This document shows, one piece after another, positions 1 through 13,200 of a DNA stretch of 61,763 nt. The stretch covers positions 62,001 through 123,763 of the forward strand of contig KZ538108.1 in assembly GCA_000934665.2 (NCBI GenBank), given 5' to 3'. The notes under the pieces were generated by a model. The model had not been told where the DNA came from and did no database searches. It was given only the letters and a program-made list of their open reading frames with translations. This stretch comes from Catajapyx aquilonaris. Its lineage: Eukaryota. How positions within the stretch are numbered: position 1 is the stretch's first letter; each line of letters starts with the position of its first letter. A program made the translations under genes and the position numbers.

Positions 1-2300
1 GCCAGGTGCCGGGGATTCCAGATTTCCAATTATTTCGTCTCCATGTGAGACGTGAAAACTTGATCAGTATTGGTTTCCAGGAGTGGCAATTAGCAGAGTT
101 ATAAACTTTCCAGGAAGGTAACAGAATATATCCTGCCAAGTATTGATCCCCAGGCATGTCTGCGTTTAATTCTGCAGGAGCTTGTTGTGCTGTAGACATG
201 AAGGCGTGTGGAATGTTACATATTACTGGTGGAGGGGGAATGAGGTTGCTTTTCAATTGATTAGTGGACCCTTCCAAATACCAGGCATGTCATAAATATC
301 CAGATTCATGCAATTTTAATTTTGGAACATTTATATCTTACCTGGGAAGTGGAGTGAGTGCTCTGGTCTTTTTAATATTTTACAAAGCAGCGGCATCTCA
401 AAATTAGAGTGCTTTATGTGGCTGGTACATGTTGCTTTCATTGCATGTCTCTAGACTATTCATTGCATTGTACTGTTTACAACTTTAAAGGACATGCATT
501 GTAGCACTCAATCAACACCTGAAATGCAATTAGCACTCTTCTTAGAATCTCCATTGCCAATGTCTCTTGGACTCAAGCTTAAGCCGCAGGTCCATTGAAT
601 GGGAGAAGTCTTGTGCATTTGAATCCAGTTTACTTTTGTTCCTTTCTTGCTTTTACAATTGCGAGCGGAAGCATGTTTAAATTGAAATGGTTTAAAGCAA
701 TGTTCCGCAAGCAACATTAATTTTGATTCCCTCAGCGTGATGGAAGCTCGGCCGTGTTGTATGTAAAAATGGGAATCTCCTGCATCTGGTAATGAGTGTA
801 AGTTGAGACTTGGACCAGGGAAGAATGGGTTTGTGGGGCACTGGGATAATGGAGGTGGAATGGGATCCTCCCCACTTGTTACGTCACAGGGTGGCCCTGG
901 CATGGGGCGAAGGGGGGAGGAGGGCATGGATGGCGGAGGGTGGTGTGTGTGCAGACTATAAGGTGCTGTGGTAGGAAAAGGCAAGGCTCAAAAGCAAGGA
1001 CTGCCTTTTGGGTGGAGCCCTCCCCAGCAGTGCCATGCAATATTGATGCAAAAAGTGGCCAACCCCGTGGCATAGTGTCTGCCGCTCCAGTTAGTCCCTG
1101 CTTGGCAGTTGAGCAGACATGCTGGACTGGGGAATCAGACGTACGTATAAACATGTGTTCTCTTGCATGTTTGTCATGTGGGTGGGCACCCTGTCACTCC
1201 GGGGTCGTATTGACACAGCCGGCTCAGCGGGACACATTGATTGTCATCGCAGGTGGACAATGCCCGTCACATGCATTCTGGTGCTGAGGAGACTGGAAGC
1301 TAAAGGAGTTGTGGGGCTCGATTAATGTGCACGGAGGGAGGATAATTATCTTGTGGGTGGAAGCGGGAAGAGCCCCTTTTGAACTGCAATCATGCCACTT
1401 TGTTGGATTGGCCTGTTCAATTACTCGCCTGCGAAGAAGCAAGTAATTATAAAAGAGGAGGCTTGCTGGGCGTGGATCCTCGCATGCAACCGCGCTTCAT
1501 TAGGCACGACCATGCATCTGCATTTGTCCGCCCAATGTACGCACTCTGTACATATGAGCTGCAAGGAATTGTCACCTGAAATTCGCTGTAGGCAGTGAGA
1601 GACGCCAAACTCCAGCAGTTGGTGGTGTTAAATAACCGAGGCAATTGCGGAAGTGATTGTTCCCCTGCCGAGGGACTGGAATTGTCCTTGGTAATGAACC
1701 AGAAGCCGTATATACACGAATCGGACCAATTTCGCAACCTCCACTCTTGTCGTCTAATTGGCTGTAGAGGGACTGGAAGGGGGGTGCCCTTCACCTTGTC
1801 AATGGACACGACTTTGTCCTCCAGTTATTTTTCATTCCACCGTCCGGATAATGTTTACGTAAGAGGCGCTCTGAAAGGTACGGGTGTTTACACAGCTGCC
1901 TGGACAATAGGTGCTTCAAGTTGGGTACGCCGATTATTATCGAGTCCCTTTGGGCGTGTGCCCCCCATGGGACGGAAGACATATCGGACGTCCATAACAA
2001 AGAGTTTTGTGTACAAGCAGCAGGTGAGTATAGGGAATCGATGTGAGTGCATCGTGCCATATGAAATACTGGTGCTTGGATGGGTTCGATCGGGTGGGTA
2101 CGTAACATCGCGCGGGTAGAGAGAGAGGGGCGGGCCGCTGCCCCAGACTACGGGTTGTTTGCGAGGTGGACGGACACTGGAGCGGACACTCACTCTTCCA
2201 GTCACCCATGGTCGTGGTCGGTGATCGGCATGATTGGGCTGTGGTCACTCACCAGCTGGAGGATAAGAAACCCCACTTACGAGGTCATGCTGGGTAAGTC
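1..2300 (-). mobile_element. Decayed non-LTR retrotransposon (Jockey-like LINE) with remnants of ORF1 zinc knuckle, endonuclease and RT
   Basis: Frameshifted minus-strand fragments in correct LINE order: FRNCLGY..TTNC (~1600-1660, gag knuckle-like), SPRDIGN (~560, cf. APGPDGI), PLLCKILKR/RPEHS/HSTSQV (~340-400), MNLDIYD (~290-310), DMP-GSILG (~135-160, cf. GVPQGSILGP). Many stops; boundaries approximate. Confidence 0.6.
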
Positions 2301-2599
2301 ACCCCCAGCCTCGCAGTACATGCACCTTTCGGAGAATGTCGATAATATACAGAGAGAGCCCTTTCGATGATGGAGGGGGGCCTATAACCGCAAACATGCA
2401 GCAGTGTATCGGTTTTAAAATCCCGCGAAATTTTTGCAGACTGGGCGCGGCAAGGAAATGTGATTGCTCCAACTGTAATTTAGTGCAGTGCAGAGTTGTG
2501 TACTCTGTTACGCAACTTGCAATGTCTTTACACGCCGGGAAAACTTGTGTGGTCCCCGAGTAACTAGGAAGGATGTTTAGTTAATGGAGGCCATTAGCC

Positions 2600-3500
2600 C
2601 CCCCTTGATTAATGCAGAAAGTTTTGGATGTATTTTTGGTGGGCCACGGAAGAGAGAACCTGCCCCCCCTTTTTTTGGAGGGAATCCATTAGATTATGGC
2701 GTGTCCCGTAGCTTGCGTGCTGATGTCTTTTCTCTCTGGACACAAAGCAGTCCACCGACTATTTTTCCCCCCCCCTTCCTTTTCTGCAATCCATCGCTCG
2801 ACTTTGATAACTGCGTGGGAAATTGTAAGCACTTGATTCGCGAATCGATATAGCTCGATATCATCGATTCCGTGGTCCTGCTGCGATATAATGAGAGAGT
2901 AAAGGGGTCTGCTGTTGTGGGGGAGGGGAATGATGATGATGATGATGTCCGAGCGAGCCATTAGAAAAGAGGTGCGCCTCCGGATGAGAGGGCACTTACG
3001 CCCCTTTTCAGAGCCTGCTGTGTGGGGGGACTATCGTCCAAATGGATTGGATTCGGATTGGATTGGAGCTTTGAGTGCTTGTCTGGCGCTCCCTGCAGAA
3101 CCCAGATGACCACAGCTGAGGACCAAAAGTCTTTCATTCTGCCGATAACGAGATCCCAGGAGGGACACGTCTCGCTCTCTGGAGGACATCGCACTGCAGA
3201 ATGATTAAAACGGAACCGTGGATTATTAACATTGGGGGCAAAAATTGAAAGGTCGAACTGCGCTGTGGATTTCGCCAATATATTTCTCGACCTTTTTTTC
3301 CAGGACCGCGGAATAATTGCGCTCGTTCCAGTTTGGCATGACCGATGCGGTTTTAATTGTCGCGTTTGGCCGACCTCTCTGCTAATTGAGTTCAAAAGCA
3401 CTCCATCCTCTCCATGTTGGGATGGGATGAAATTGTCGCTTTTACTGGCCCAATGCGGCTTTCATTCCCGTCAAGTACTCTACACAGCCCCGGATTTTCA
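2600..3500 (-). mobile_element. Decayed LINE reverse-transcriptase fragment
   Basis: Minus-strand motifs in order: IIPRSWKK (cf. FP..WK), SGFCRERQT (cf. Q.GFR..RST), GIDDIELY...HAVIKVERWI (cf. YADD....LQ..L..V..W); broken by frameshifts. Confidence 0.55.
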
Positions 3501-4229
3501 GCGCACTTGATGTACCTGTATCCCAATGACGTAACAGCACAAAAAAAAATTGGCAAACACAAAACGTCTAGTTGAATATTTTTAACCCTTCCCTGAGCTA
3601 TATTCCGACTTGAGAACTGGTTCAAGTTAATTAAGAATTCGCACATGTTCCACGATGCAATTTCTGCTATTCCTTTGGGATGCACACACCTCTAACGCCT
3701 ACCGAGCAAATGACCATCAAGCAATTACCGGGATTGTTTATCTCGATATAGTGTACTTTTAGCGAGAGTTATTGGGCAAACGAAAAACTGCGATTTTATT
3801 CTGCAAAAAAAAAATGTCTCCTGCCGACTGCAGTCAAAAAATGGACGACCCTGACATTTGACACCTGGTTGGCCAATGTGGAATGTATGTTCATAAAAAG
3901 GCGGATTACCAAAAAAAGAAGGCCGCAGCCGGAGTTATATTTTTAACATTGTGGCAGGGTCCGAAAAGGTTCTTCCAATTAAATATGAATGTGTGGCCGG
4001 CCTTCCATAGTACAGCGAGCTGGTGAGTTATGTGTCATAACTATAGTGCAATTGTATGTGTGGGCAGTCGTTTCCCAATTGCGATTGGATTGATATGGCC
4101 CGAGGGGCGATTGATTTCGCGGGTGGGCCTGGTGGCACCCATCAGATGAAAGGAATATATGTGTGCCATTTCAGTGTGGCCTTCTTGTTCGGTTTCATGT
4201 TGTAAAGAGTGTGTCTTGTTTGTTTTAAG

Positions 4230-7200
4230 GTTCCATCATGTTCCACGTCCGTCGGAGGCCGGCTGACCACCATCCGAGGAAGAGGAAGAAGAAGCCCCAG
4301 GCCAAGGTCAAGGGCGAGCTGGAGGCTGCCCACCAGAGATACGAGGAGGCCACAGACAGACAGCCCTTCCTGCTCGAACTCAACCCAGGTCAGTGCGTTT
4401 ATTGTGCATGGCTTCTAATAATTGTTGGCAGGTGCCAGCTCCACCCTCTTTTATCACTATGTGGTTGGGTGGAGTCGGCAGTTATTGCTAGAGGTAGGCG
4501 CGTTCTTGGATGGAACTTCCGAACAATGGGTCAGCCGCATAGAAATCCTGGAAATCCATTAATCCGGACGAAATTATGCAAATCCCAGGAGTGTCGACAT
4601 TCGATGCGGAGGATTTGCGAATCTCGTTATCCGCCGGCTCCTCAATGGCAGAGTCAACGGCCATGGCCTCCAAAACCTTCATTTTGGCGTGCAGATTATC
4701 GGCTATAAATTATTTGCCAAAGGCTATGTTTAGCGCTGCGGCTATTTCTAGAACAACCTTCCCCCATATATTTCCTTCTTGTTTTTGCAAATGGCGCGCA
4801 AGTAATCCGGAGCTATGTCGCTCGATCCCGCTGTAATGTATACGCACGAAATACTTGAGTCAATATTGATCCTATAAATTGTCCATATTGTCGATTCAGT
4901 TACGTGTATAGGGTACGTACTTGACGGGCTGCGGGAAACTACGTTCATAGAAATAAAATGTCTGCTTTTGTTATCGACACAAAATTGCTGTAAATATTTC
5001 CGCCGATCCGCTGCGTCATTGCCGCAAGTACAGTGGCAGTTAGTACAGTTCTTCACCGAATTATTGAGTACCGCCAGTTGTGCGTCAACATGCGGCGTAG
5101 AATACTTTTGGGAACAAGGACTTCTGGAAAGCGTGCTTGCATACAGTATACGCACCGATTAATAATTGAACACTACTGATCATGGCATTCCCCGCGTCCT
5201 GATTCCGGCAAATCGTTTCGATGGAATATTTGCAGATGGCCAATAATGCATTACGAAGGTGAACAATGGCCGGGCATTGTTGCTGGCGTCCCTCTGATTT
5301 AGGCGTGCCCTCCTGATGAATAATTTCTGTCCCTGTGGAACTTGTACCTGCCACTCGGTTTCCATGCCGCCGGAATTATTTCGTTTCTGGAGGGTGGTAG
5401 TTAGTGTTATATAGGATGGGGGGAAGTGTCGGAAAACCCCAACCTTGAGAGCTTTTGCGACCTTTTGCCGGCATTTATCCATAATTCAGAGAGGCCTTCT
5501 CCATGGGAATTAGATGCCAACCCACCCCCCTTGGCCGCAACTAGAAGGGAAAATATGTGCAAGTCCATTGAGTGGTTGAGAGCCGATATACATATCGATT
5601 CGGAGAGTCCGAGCATAGTGTATATAGGAAACTCGATTCCGAGAGCAATTTTGATGGACAGGCTATACCCTCATTAGCCTTATTAGCAGGGGGGATAGGT
5701 CATTCGGCGCAAAAGGCCATGAACTTGCCCTTCAACGCATTATAATGAGGTAAACCACCGCACCATCAGAGCGCCTCTACTATACTTCAGGTTCATCCAG
5801 CGCACTTATGTAATTGGGGGACAGGAAGGGAGGCATAACCATCCTCTGGGGAGGTGTCGCAGTGTCACTCTCCTGACAAATTGGGGCTCAAACAGCGGGG
5901 TCGCCTCTGGGAGAAAATTGACAAATGAAGGAGGTTGGCAGTGTATGTGACATTGCCCCTTGGGATTACCAAGATGAGTCCAAACCCCCTCAATTTTACA
6001 GCTGCCACCAGGGACGACGAGGTCGTGTCACTCACAACTGACGTTATTGGTCATACACGTTGGCACTCATTACTGGACCTGCCACCATTTTATAATAATT
6101 TCATGGCAGGGTGTTAATCGGTGGGCTCAATTGTATCCGCATGCATTGCAATTTTTAATGAATTGTTTGGGTCACTCATAATGATTCATTGCGGTTATAA
6201 TATCATTTTGTTTTCTGAACTATGCTAGTACAGTAGTTTTAATGCTTTAACTTGTACGTGGTGCCTAATTTTCCAGGGTTATCACATGTTTGTTGTTTTT
6301 TATTCAGATGGTACGGACGTCCCAAATGGATTGGGTAAGAAGCACCGTCTTCCAGCCAACGTGACGGAGGTTGGGAGTGAGAGAGGGACTTCCAACATGA
6401 TGGGTGGGATGGGTGGAGGAGGAGGTGGCGTGGGTGGGGTCGGAGGTCACTCCCTGCAGCTTCTTGGTCCCAATGTCCAGCCCCGCCACTGCGTCATAGC
6501 TCACACTGAAGGCATAGTGACAGTCACTCCGTGCTCCAGGGATGCTGAGACGTATGTGAATGGGCAGCGGATATACGAAACCACCATCCTGCAGCATGGT
6601 GTTGTCGTCAGGTTTGGGCGGATACACTACTTCAGGTTTTGGGACCCGCTGCAAGGAGAGCGACTTCGTTCCCTGGGGCAGGATTCTGCCAGGTACTCAG
6701 CTGCCGAATATCACGACAGGTTAGATCTTGCACTTGCCTCTTTTTTTGGTTCGATCATGTGGAAAACTTGGACTTGCGAATATTGCGTACCTTGTCAGTG
6801 ACCTTGAAAAGGGTTTCAATGTAGATTGACATAAATTACATGGGCCGAAGAAAAGTTTTCTGCTTGACTGTTGGGTGTTTTTCATTTTGTTTTGTTGTGG
6901 CTTCTGTTGGTTTGCTAACTGCATGGCTTCTTTTCTGTGGTGGTGTTGTCACACAAATTGCACGTGTGGAAAAATCAGAAGGAGTGGTAGCATTGCTTCT
7001 GGTGGGGCAAGTGCCAGAGCCAGCCTTCAGCCTGGATTCGAGACGACATTTGACCTGGACGGGAACATCGAGACTGTCTCCACTGGGAGCCAGCGGGATG
7101 AGGCTCAGTCCGTGGCCAGTGCAAGGTTCGCATGCATGTTGCTTTATTTTGCTTTGGTGTTGCAGGCATGTAGATTAGTTTTTATCAAACTGTGGGTTGG

Positions 7201-10200
7201 TTTTCAATTTGCCTTTTTATTATTTTCTGTATTTTATTTCAAAATTCAGGGAGTGCAAAATTTTTCACGAATATTTTTACATTTGTAAGTTGCAATGTCA
7301 CAGTTTGCGAATGTGGGCAGCTGCATTGTTGACCTTGAAACGACATAACTTCTAGGGGTGGCAACTATGAGCGGCTTGGTCGTGGTCAGGATCCCATCTT
7401 ACCTGCTAGCCTGGAGTTCCCTGAGGAAGGGGAAGAGTCCTTTTTGCAGGCAGTAGTAGGTGACCTGGACCCATCCAGCCTCCACTTCAAGCTGGCCCCC
7501 ACCTACGCCATCTACATGGCCGCACGCTATCGGGCTACAACCCACTTCCAGCCCCAGCTAACACCCACAGAAAGAGCGCACAGACTGGCTGCCTTACTCG
7601 CAAGAGTATCTGATGTGGTGCAGATGGTGGTACAGAAGAGACATGCTGACACCAACGCGCTGGCGTTCTGGATGGCCAATGCCTCCGAGACGCTCCACTT
7701 TCTCAAGTCCGACAGACAGATCTCTCCGTTCTCTGTAGACGCACAGGACATCCTTGCCGAGTCTGTCCAGCTGGCATTCAGGTAACTGTTGCTGCAGCAC
7801 ACCGATTCAGTCAGAGGATTCCCAAAGTGCCTAACACATGCATTTTTCCTCCCTTAGAAACCTAGTGAGTTGCCTGCAAGCTGATTTGTGCTCGGTGGCA
7901 CCAAACTTCCTGGTGGACCGGGAGGACACTGGAGAAGAGGAAGGTACCACGGCTCCAATACTGCAGGTCCTGCAGGCTGCCATGATGCTGCTGAGGAGGT
8001 GCAGGGTGAATGCAGCGCTGACCATCCAGCTGTTCTCCCAGCTCTTCCATTTCCTGAACATGTGGGTTTTCAACCGGGTCGTGTCTCCTGACCCGACCGG
8101 GAGGCCAATCAACTACTGCACTCGTCTCTGGGGGATCAGGCTGAAGAGGCGGCTTGGCAGGGTGGAGACGTGGGCTGAGAAGCAGGGGCTCGAGCTGGCT
8201 GCTGACTGCCACCTCTCTAGGATTGTCCAGGCTGCACATCTTCTCCAGGTCAGTGTTGAATGCCTTTGCACCCTTTTTAAAATTTATCGATAAATTAATT
8301 AACATTTGGTGGCGTGTTATTTTCAAGGCGCCAAAGTCGAGTCCAGATGACATAGCGGCCATCAGCTCGACCTGCTACAAGCTGAACTCCCTCCAGCTCC
8401 GGGCCCTCCTCCAGAACTACCAGGCCGCTCCTGATGAGCCCCGCATCCCACAAGACCTGATCGAGAATGTGGTGAGGGTGAGCAAACTCCCCACCCCCTC
8501 CCACCCACTGGCCATTCCTGACGACACCTTTCACAAACCATAAATGCCTTCCTTTTGCGTTCCAGGTTGCAGAGAACACTGCAGATGAGCTGGCCCGTTC
8601 AGATGGGAGGGAAGTTCGGCTGGAAGAGGAGCCGTCCCTCCAGCTCCCCTTCCTGTTGCCGGAGGATGGGTACAGCTGTGAGATTGTGAGGGGATTGCCT
8701 GCTGGATTTGCCGAGTTTTTGGCCCCTTTGCAGCATGCTGGGCTGTGCAGGACAGTTCTCAATCCAACTTCGTGCGGGTACTGGACTGTCTACATGGGAG
8801 ACCCTTCACCAAGGGTGAGTCACGCTTTTCAACCATTTTTCAGTGCGCATTGTTAACTGAGGACAGTAAATTCAGAACCATAGGTGAATAATATGTTTCA
8901 AAGACTAGTTCAGGATTTGCCCATCAATCACAAAACCAGCGCCAAGAAGTGCTTCAGTTCCTGTTTGTATGGAAAGTAAAATTTAATGGTTTCTGTGGTA
9001 GTGATGGCCATAAAACGAAGCCATTGGGATTACTAAACAGTGTTATCTGTCATCACTAGTGTCAACCATTGTCTCTTTCTTCACGATAGTAATCACTATC
9101 ATTGTGTTTTGACTTTAAATATTTATCAGTGTGCATATCAAGCCACACACATTTGATGTGGTCAACCTTAGACGGGTGCATTTGAGGGTGAGTAGGGAGG
9201 ATGATGTCATGGATGGCCGTGTCCCGGAATCGGTTGGGGTTAGAGCAGCCTTCGTGATTTTGTCGGTTCGTAAATAACTTGATTTATACACCCGCGGGTG
9301 CTGCAGGGTTGGGGGGTGCCCCGGGGGTCGACTCGTGCCGCGGGATTATAAGGTATTCCCGAACACGACTCGTGCTGTGAGCTTACGTACACACAGCCTC
9401 GTAACCCACCCTTGTTTGCGCCGTTTGGTCCTTCAACTCTCCACACGTTTTTTTTTCTCTCTCTCTCTCTCTTCCACATTGTGTCAGGGACTTTTTTTTC
9501 TTCTTCTTCTTGAAGTCGTTGGAGCAGAGGAGACTCAGGTGAAAAGCTGTGGATGCTGGCTTGTAATAAACTGCAGGGCGATTGTTGTCGCATCTCCGGC
9601 CGTAACACGTTATGTTGGTATACAAGTGGCAAGGCACAGGGTGAGCCAAAACCGCCCAGTGATGCGGGCGCCTGAAACATAAAAAAAAAATCTAGTGTAT
9701 TAATTATGAGAATGAAAGTCGGACGTCAATCACTGGCCGAGGGGAATATCTCCTCCCATTGTTAGAAACCAGCACGAGTCTCGCCTTGTGTGCATCATGT
9801 ACACCATTTGTATGGTGTTTTGTTCGGCCCGGTACGATAAGAAGCGAAATCTGGAAATAATCCCCGAGTCAAGTGCCCATTTCGAGAGCATGATGGTATC
9901 CGCGCCCAATCGGCATCCGGTACATTATTGCCCGTCTTTCACCAATTGCCTACCTGGAAGTGACTAATTGCACGCGTCGACAGTTTGATGAACATCATTT
10001 CCGCCGCTACGTAATTTGGGATTGACTTCTGATGAAGTGGCGAAGTACCCGGTGTTTCTTCGGGGGGATCTTTGGTTATACCGTCAGTATATTTCTGGTT
10101 GTAATGGGCCATAGGGTGCTGTGAACGTCCGGACAAAGTGATTGATCGAATATTGGTTCGGTTTCAGATGCGAAGTGCGAGCGTGACGAGCAACCGATCC

Positions 10201-13200
10201 AGCGGCGACCTGTCCCGCCAGCAACAGAGGCAGGAGCCGGAGGTCCAGCTGATTAAACTGCACAAGTCCAACAATGGGATGGGGCTCTCCATCGTCGCCG
10301 CAAAGGTAAACGAGCAGGGTGTTTCCTTATATACCGTTGTGGTGTAACATCACATTTTTTTGGGCCGAAAGTGATTGCGTATACAGAACAACATTTGGAG
10401 CATGAAGGGGGTGTTTATTACATTGAGAAGAATGCGCGCACCATTTTGGTTTTGGGAGGTCGTTGGACCGATCTGTTTGTGACCAAGATCTCTCCCTCTC
10501 CATCAGGCCCCCTGCGAGGCCAGGCGCGTGCATTGTATTTATATGAAATGTGTTTTCGGTCTAAAATGGCAAGCGAAGCGTAATAAACGAAGTGGGCCAA
10601 GATGGTGGTGGTTGGTGGTGGTGGTGGTGGAAGCGCGCGTGCGGATACGGACAAGAATGTATGTCCATTGAGAAAGAATAGGAGAGACACGTATGGGAAT
10701 CGGAGGATAAGACTCGGAGGAGGAGGGTTGGAAAATAAAAGAAAGAAGAAATGAGGCTCAGTCTCTCATGGGATGGAAAAAGGAGGTCAGCAGCAGCCAA
10801 GAGTGGTCACCGTGGCCATGAAATGAAGCGTGGTGTTGCTGCTGGTTGGAGAAAGTAGTGTGAGGTCTCTCGAGACATGTGTCGTATGCCGAGTGCTGAG
10901 GCTGCTGGCTTTATTTCCAAGATGTGTGTGATGTGAGAGAGCAAGCAGGAGGAGGGGTTGGCTGGTTGGTTGGTTGGCTGGCTTGGTGGGGGTGGTAGGT
11001 AGGTAGGTAGGTGGGAAAGGTGAGTCGCGTGGAGGTGAAACAAGCCAGAGGGGATAGAAAGGAAGGAGTACGTGGTTGTGCTGTGCGGTGCTGTGGCGGG
11101 ACATATCACCATGAGGAGGCCGCAGCTGGACCCCCTACCGCCCACTCCTGTCACCCACCACCTGCACCATCACTTGCCCAAGCAACACCAGCACCACCAT
11201 CCTCCACCTCACCCGCCTCCGCACCACCACCATGCTCATCCTCATCCTCCTCACCACCACCATCCTCAGCAGACGCGCCATGGGCACCAGCACCAGAAGA
11301 TACCTAGAGCACCACCGCCTCCACCTCCTCCTCCACCTCCTCCGGGGTCCAACTACTACCGGATGCCTCCAGGGGCGAACGGCAGCGATCGCCCCGGGGC
11401 GGTCCCCCAGACCCCTAGGAGCATGGGGGCCAGACCCTCCCACGCCAACCGTAATAATCACCACCACCAGCACTATAATCACCACTCGATGATCACTGGT
11501 CCACTTCCTGCTCCCCCAAAGGTGAGTCCGACCCCCCCTGAGCCAACCTTTTCTGGTTCCTCAGCTTTATATTGCTCCACTTCAAGTCACGACCATTTCG
11601 GTGCCGCATTGCCTTGCTGTTGATCTCCTATCAGTTGTCACTTACGGCCCACTTTGGTCATTCAACTCATGCACACACTTGATGAATATTTGGCCGCCCA
11701 ATTGATTCTGTTGGTAATATTAGTGGTTCTTTCCATTGGTGATAACAATTCTTCCGTGCTGTCCACATGCCAAACAGTGGGTCGTGAAAATGATATTGCC
11801 TTATTGGGTAATATAGTGTTTGTGGCTCTTTAAGGTGTAAAGGAAGTGCAAGGAAGCGTTTCAGAAATTCCTTCGTTCCGCGGAAGGAGGCTGCGGTTGT
11901 TGCGTCTGGAGAGCCGGTGATTTGTTGATTTGCGGTTGTTTTTACCATTCTTTCCTTCCTCCCGACAAAAATATTCCGGGCTTGCTGCTGAAGACATTCT
12001 CACCATTTCTGAGCTGGGGGATATGTATATTTTGGAGTGAAGCACCTGTGTGTTGTGGAGCGTATCAAAAGTCGGGGGTTTTAGTTGCGTGACCGATGAT
12101 GCCATGGCTTGGGGAGAGAGGGCAAAAGTAGGGTCGCGGGGGTGGGTGCTGCTCGGGCAGGAAGAGGCCTCTTTTTATTGTTCCTCCGGTTTGTTGTTTT
12201 TTTTTTGTTGCTGTTTGGAGGAGGAGGAGGAGGGGGGGGGGGACCATGGAGCAGCACTTGCAAAACAAGCCGGACCATGGGAGTTTCCGCTCCGTGGGAT
12301 CCCAAAAACACCCGCCGACCCACCGATGGGGGTGGGGTTGCTTGGTTGCCTTCTTCTTTACTCCAAAGGGGGGTTGGTAGGAGGCATACATAACATGGTG
12401 AGGAGGAGGAGGGGGGAAGGTCCCTCCAACCAACGGCTTTGACTGGTTCCTTCACCTTTGCTTGTTTGCTGCACTTACTTGCATGCAGGCTTGGAAAGAA
12501 TGCAATATGCAACCCACACACGCACTTCTGTAGCCGTTGGTCAGGTACCTTCGAGGAGCACAATTTCAGGGGCACTGGGATAATAATATGAACGAGCAGT
12601 TACGCCCCCTTGTTTACTGGAGTATCTGGGGGGAAAATAATGCTGATAGTGGCCCAATCTTAACGGGGTGGCATTTACGTCCCACAGCTACACTGCTAAC
12701 TTAACAGTACCGCAGTGTCGGGGGATTGTCACTACTAAATTAGCAGTGGCTAGCAGTATGACGAAAATTCCACCCAGGAGTAATTTAATGGCCACAATTT
12801 AGCCTTATGTGGCATCATCCGGTTGCGTTTACACCACCAATCCATGGTTTATCCTTGCTCTATATAAATTGTTGGCGGAAATGAAACATTTTAATAGCAG
12901 GCGCAAGGTCAGTGTTTTAGGAAATACCGCGCGTCTGCGCACTCTCCATGGACGTCCGTTATTTCTCCATAAATCTACCTGAACGACCTCCACAAATGAA
13001 TCGTCTCTTTCGCCAAAAAGTGAATGCGTCAGAAAGTTGCACGACTCGCCTGATAACCTGGGCTGATTGTCAATTTCAATAAAAAAAGAGCCGGGCAACC
13101 GTTCATTAACTGCGAGCACTGAAGCGATGACCCTTGACCTTTTGATTTTACACGGTCATCTCCCCCTCCCTCCTTCTCCGCCTAATAGAGTAATTGTGTT

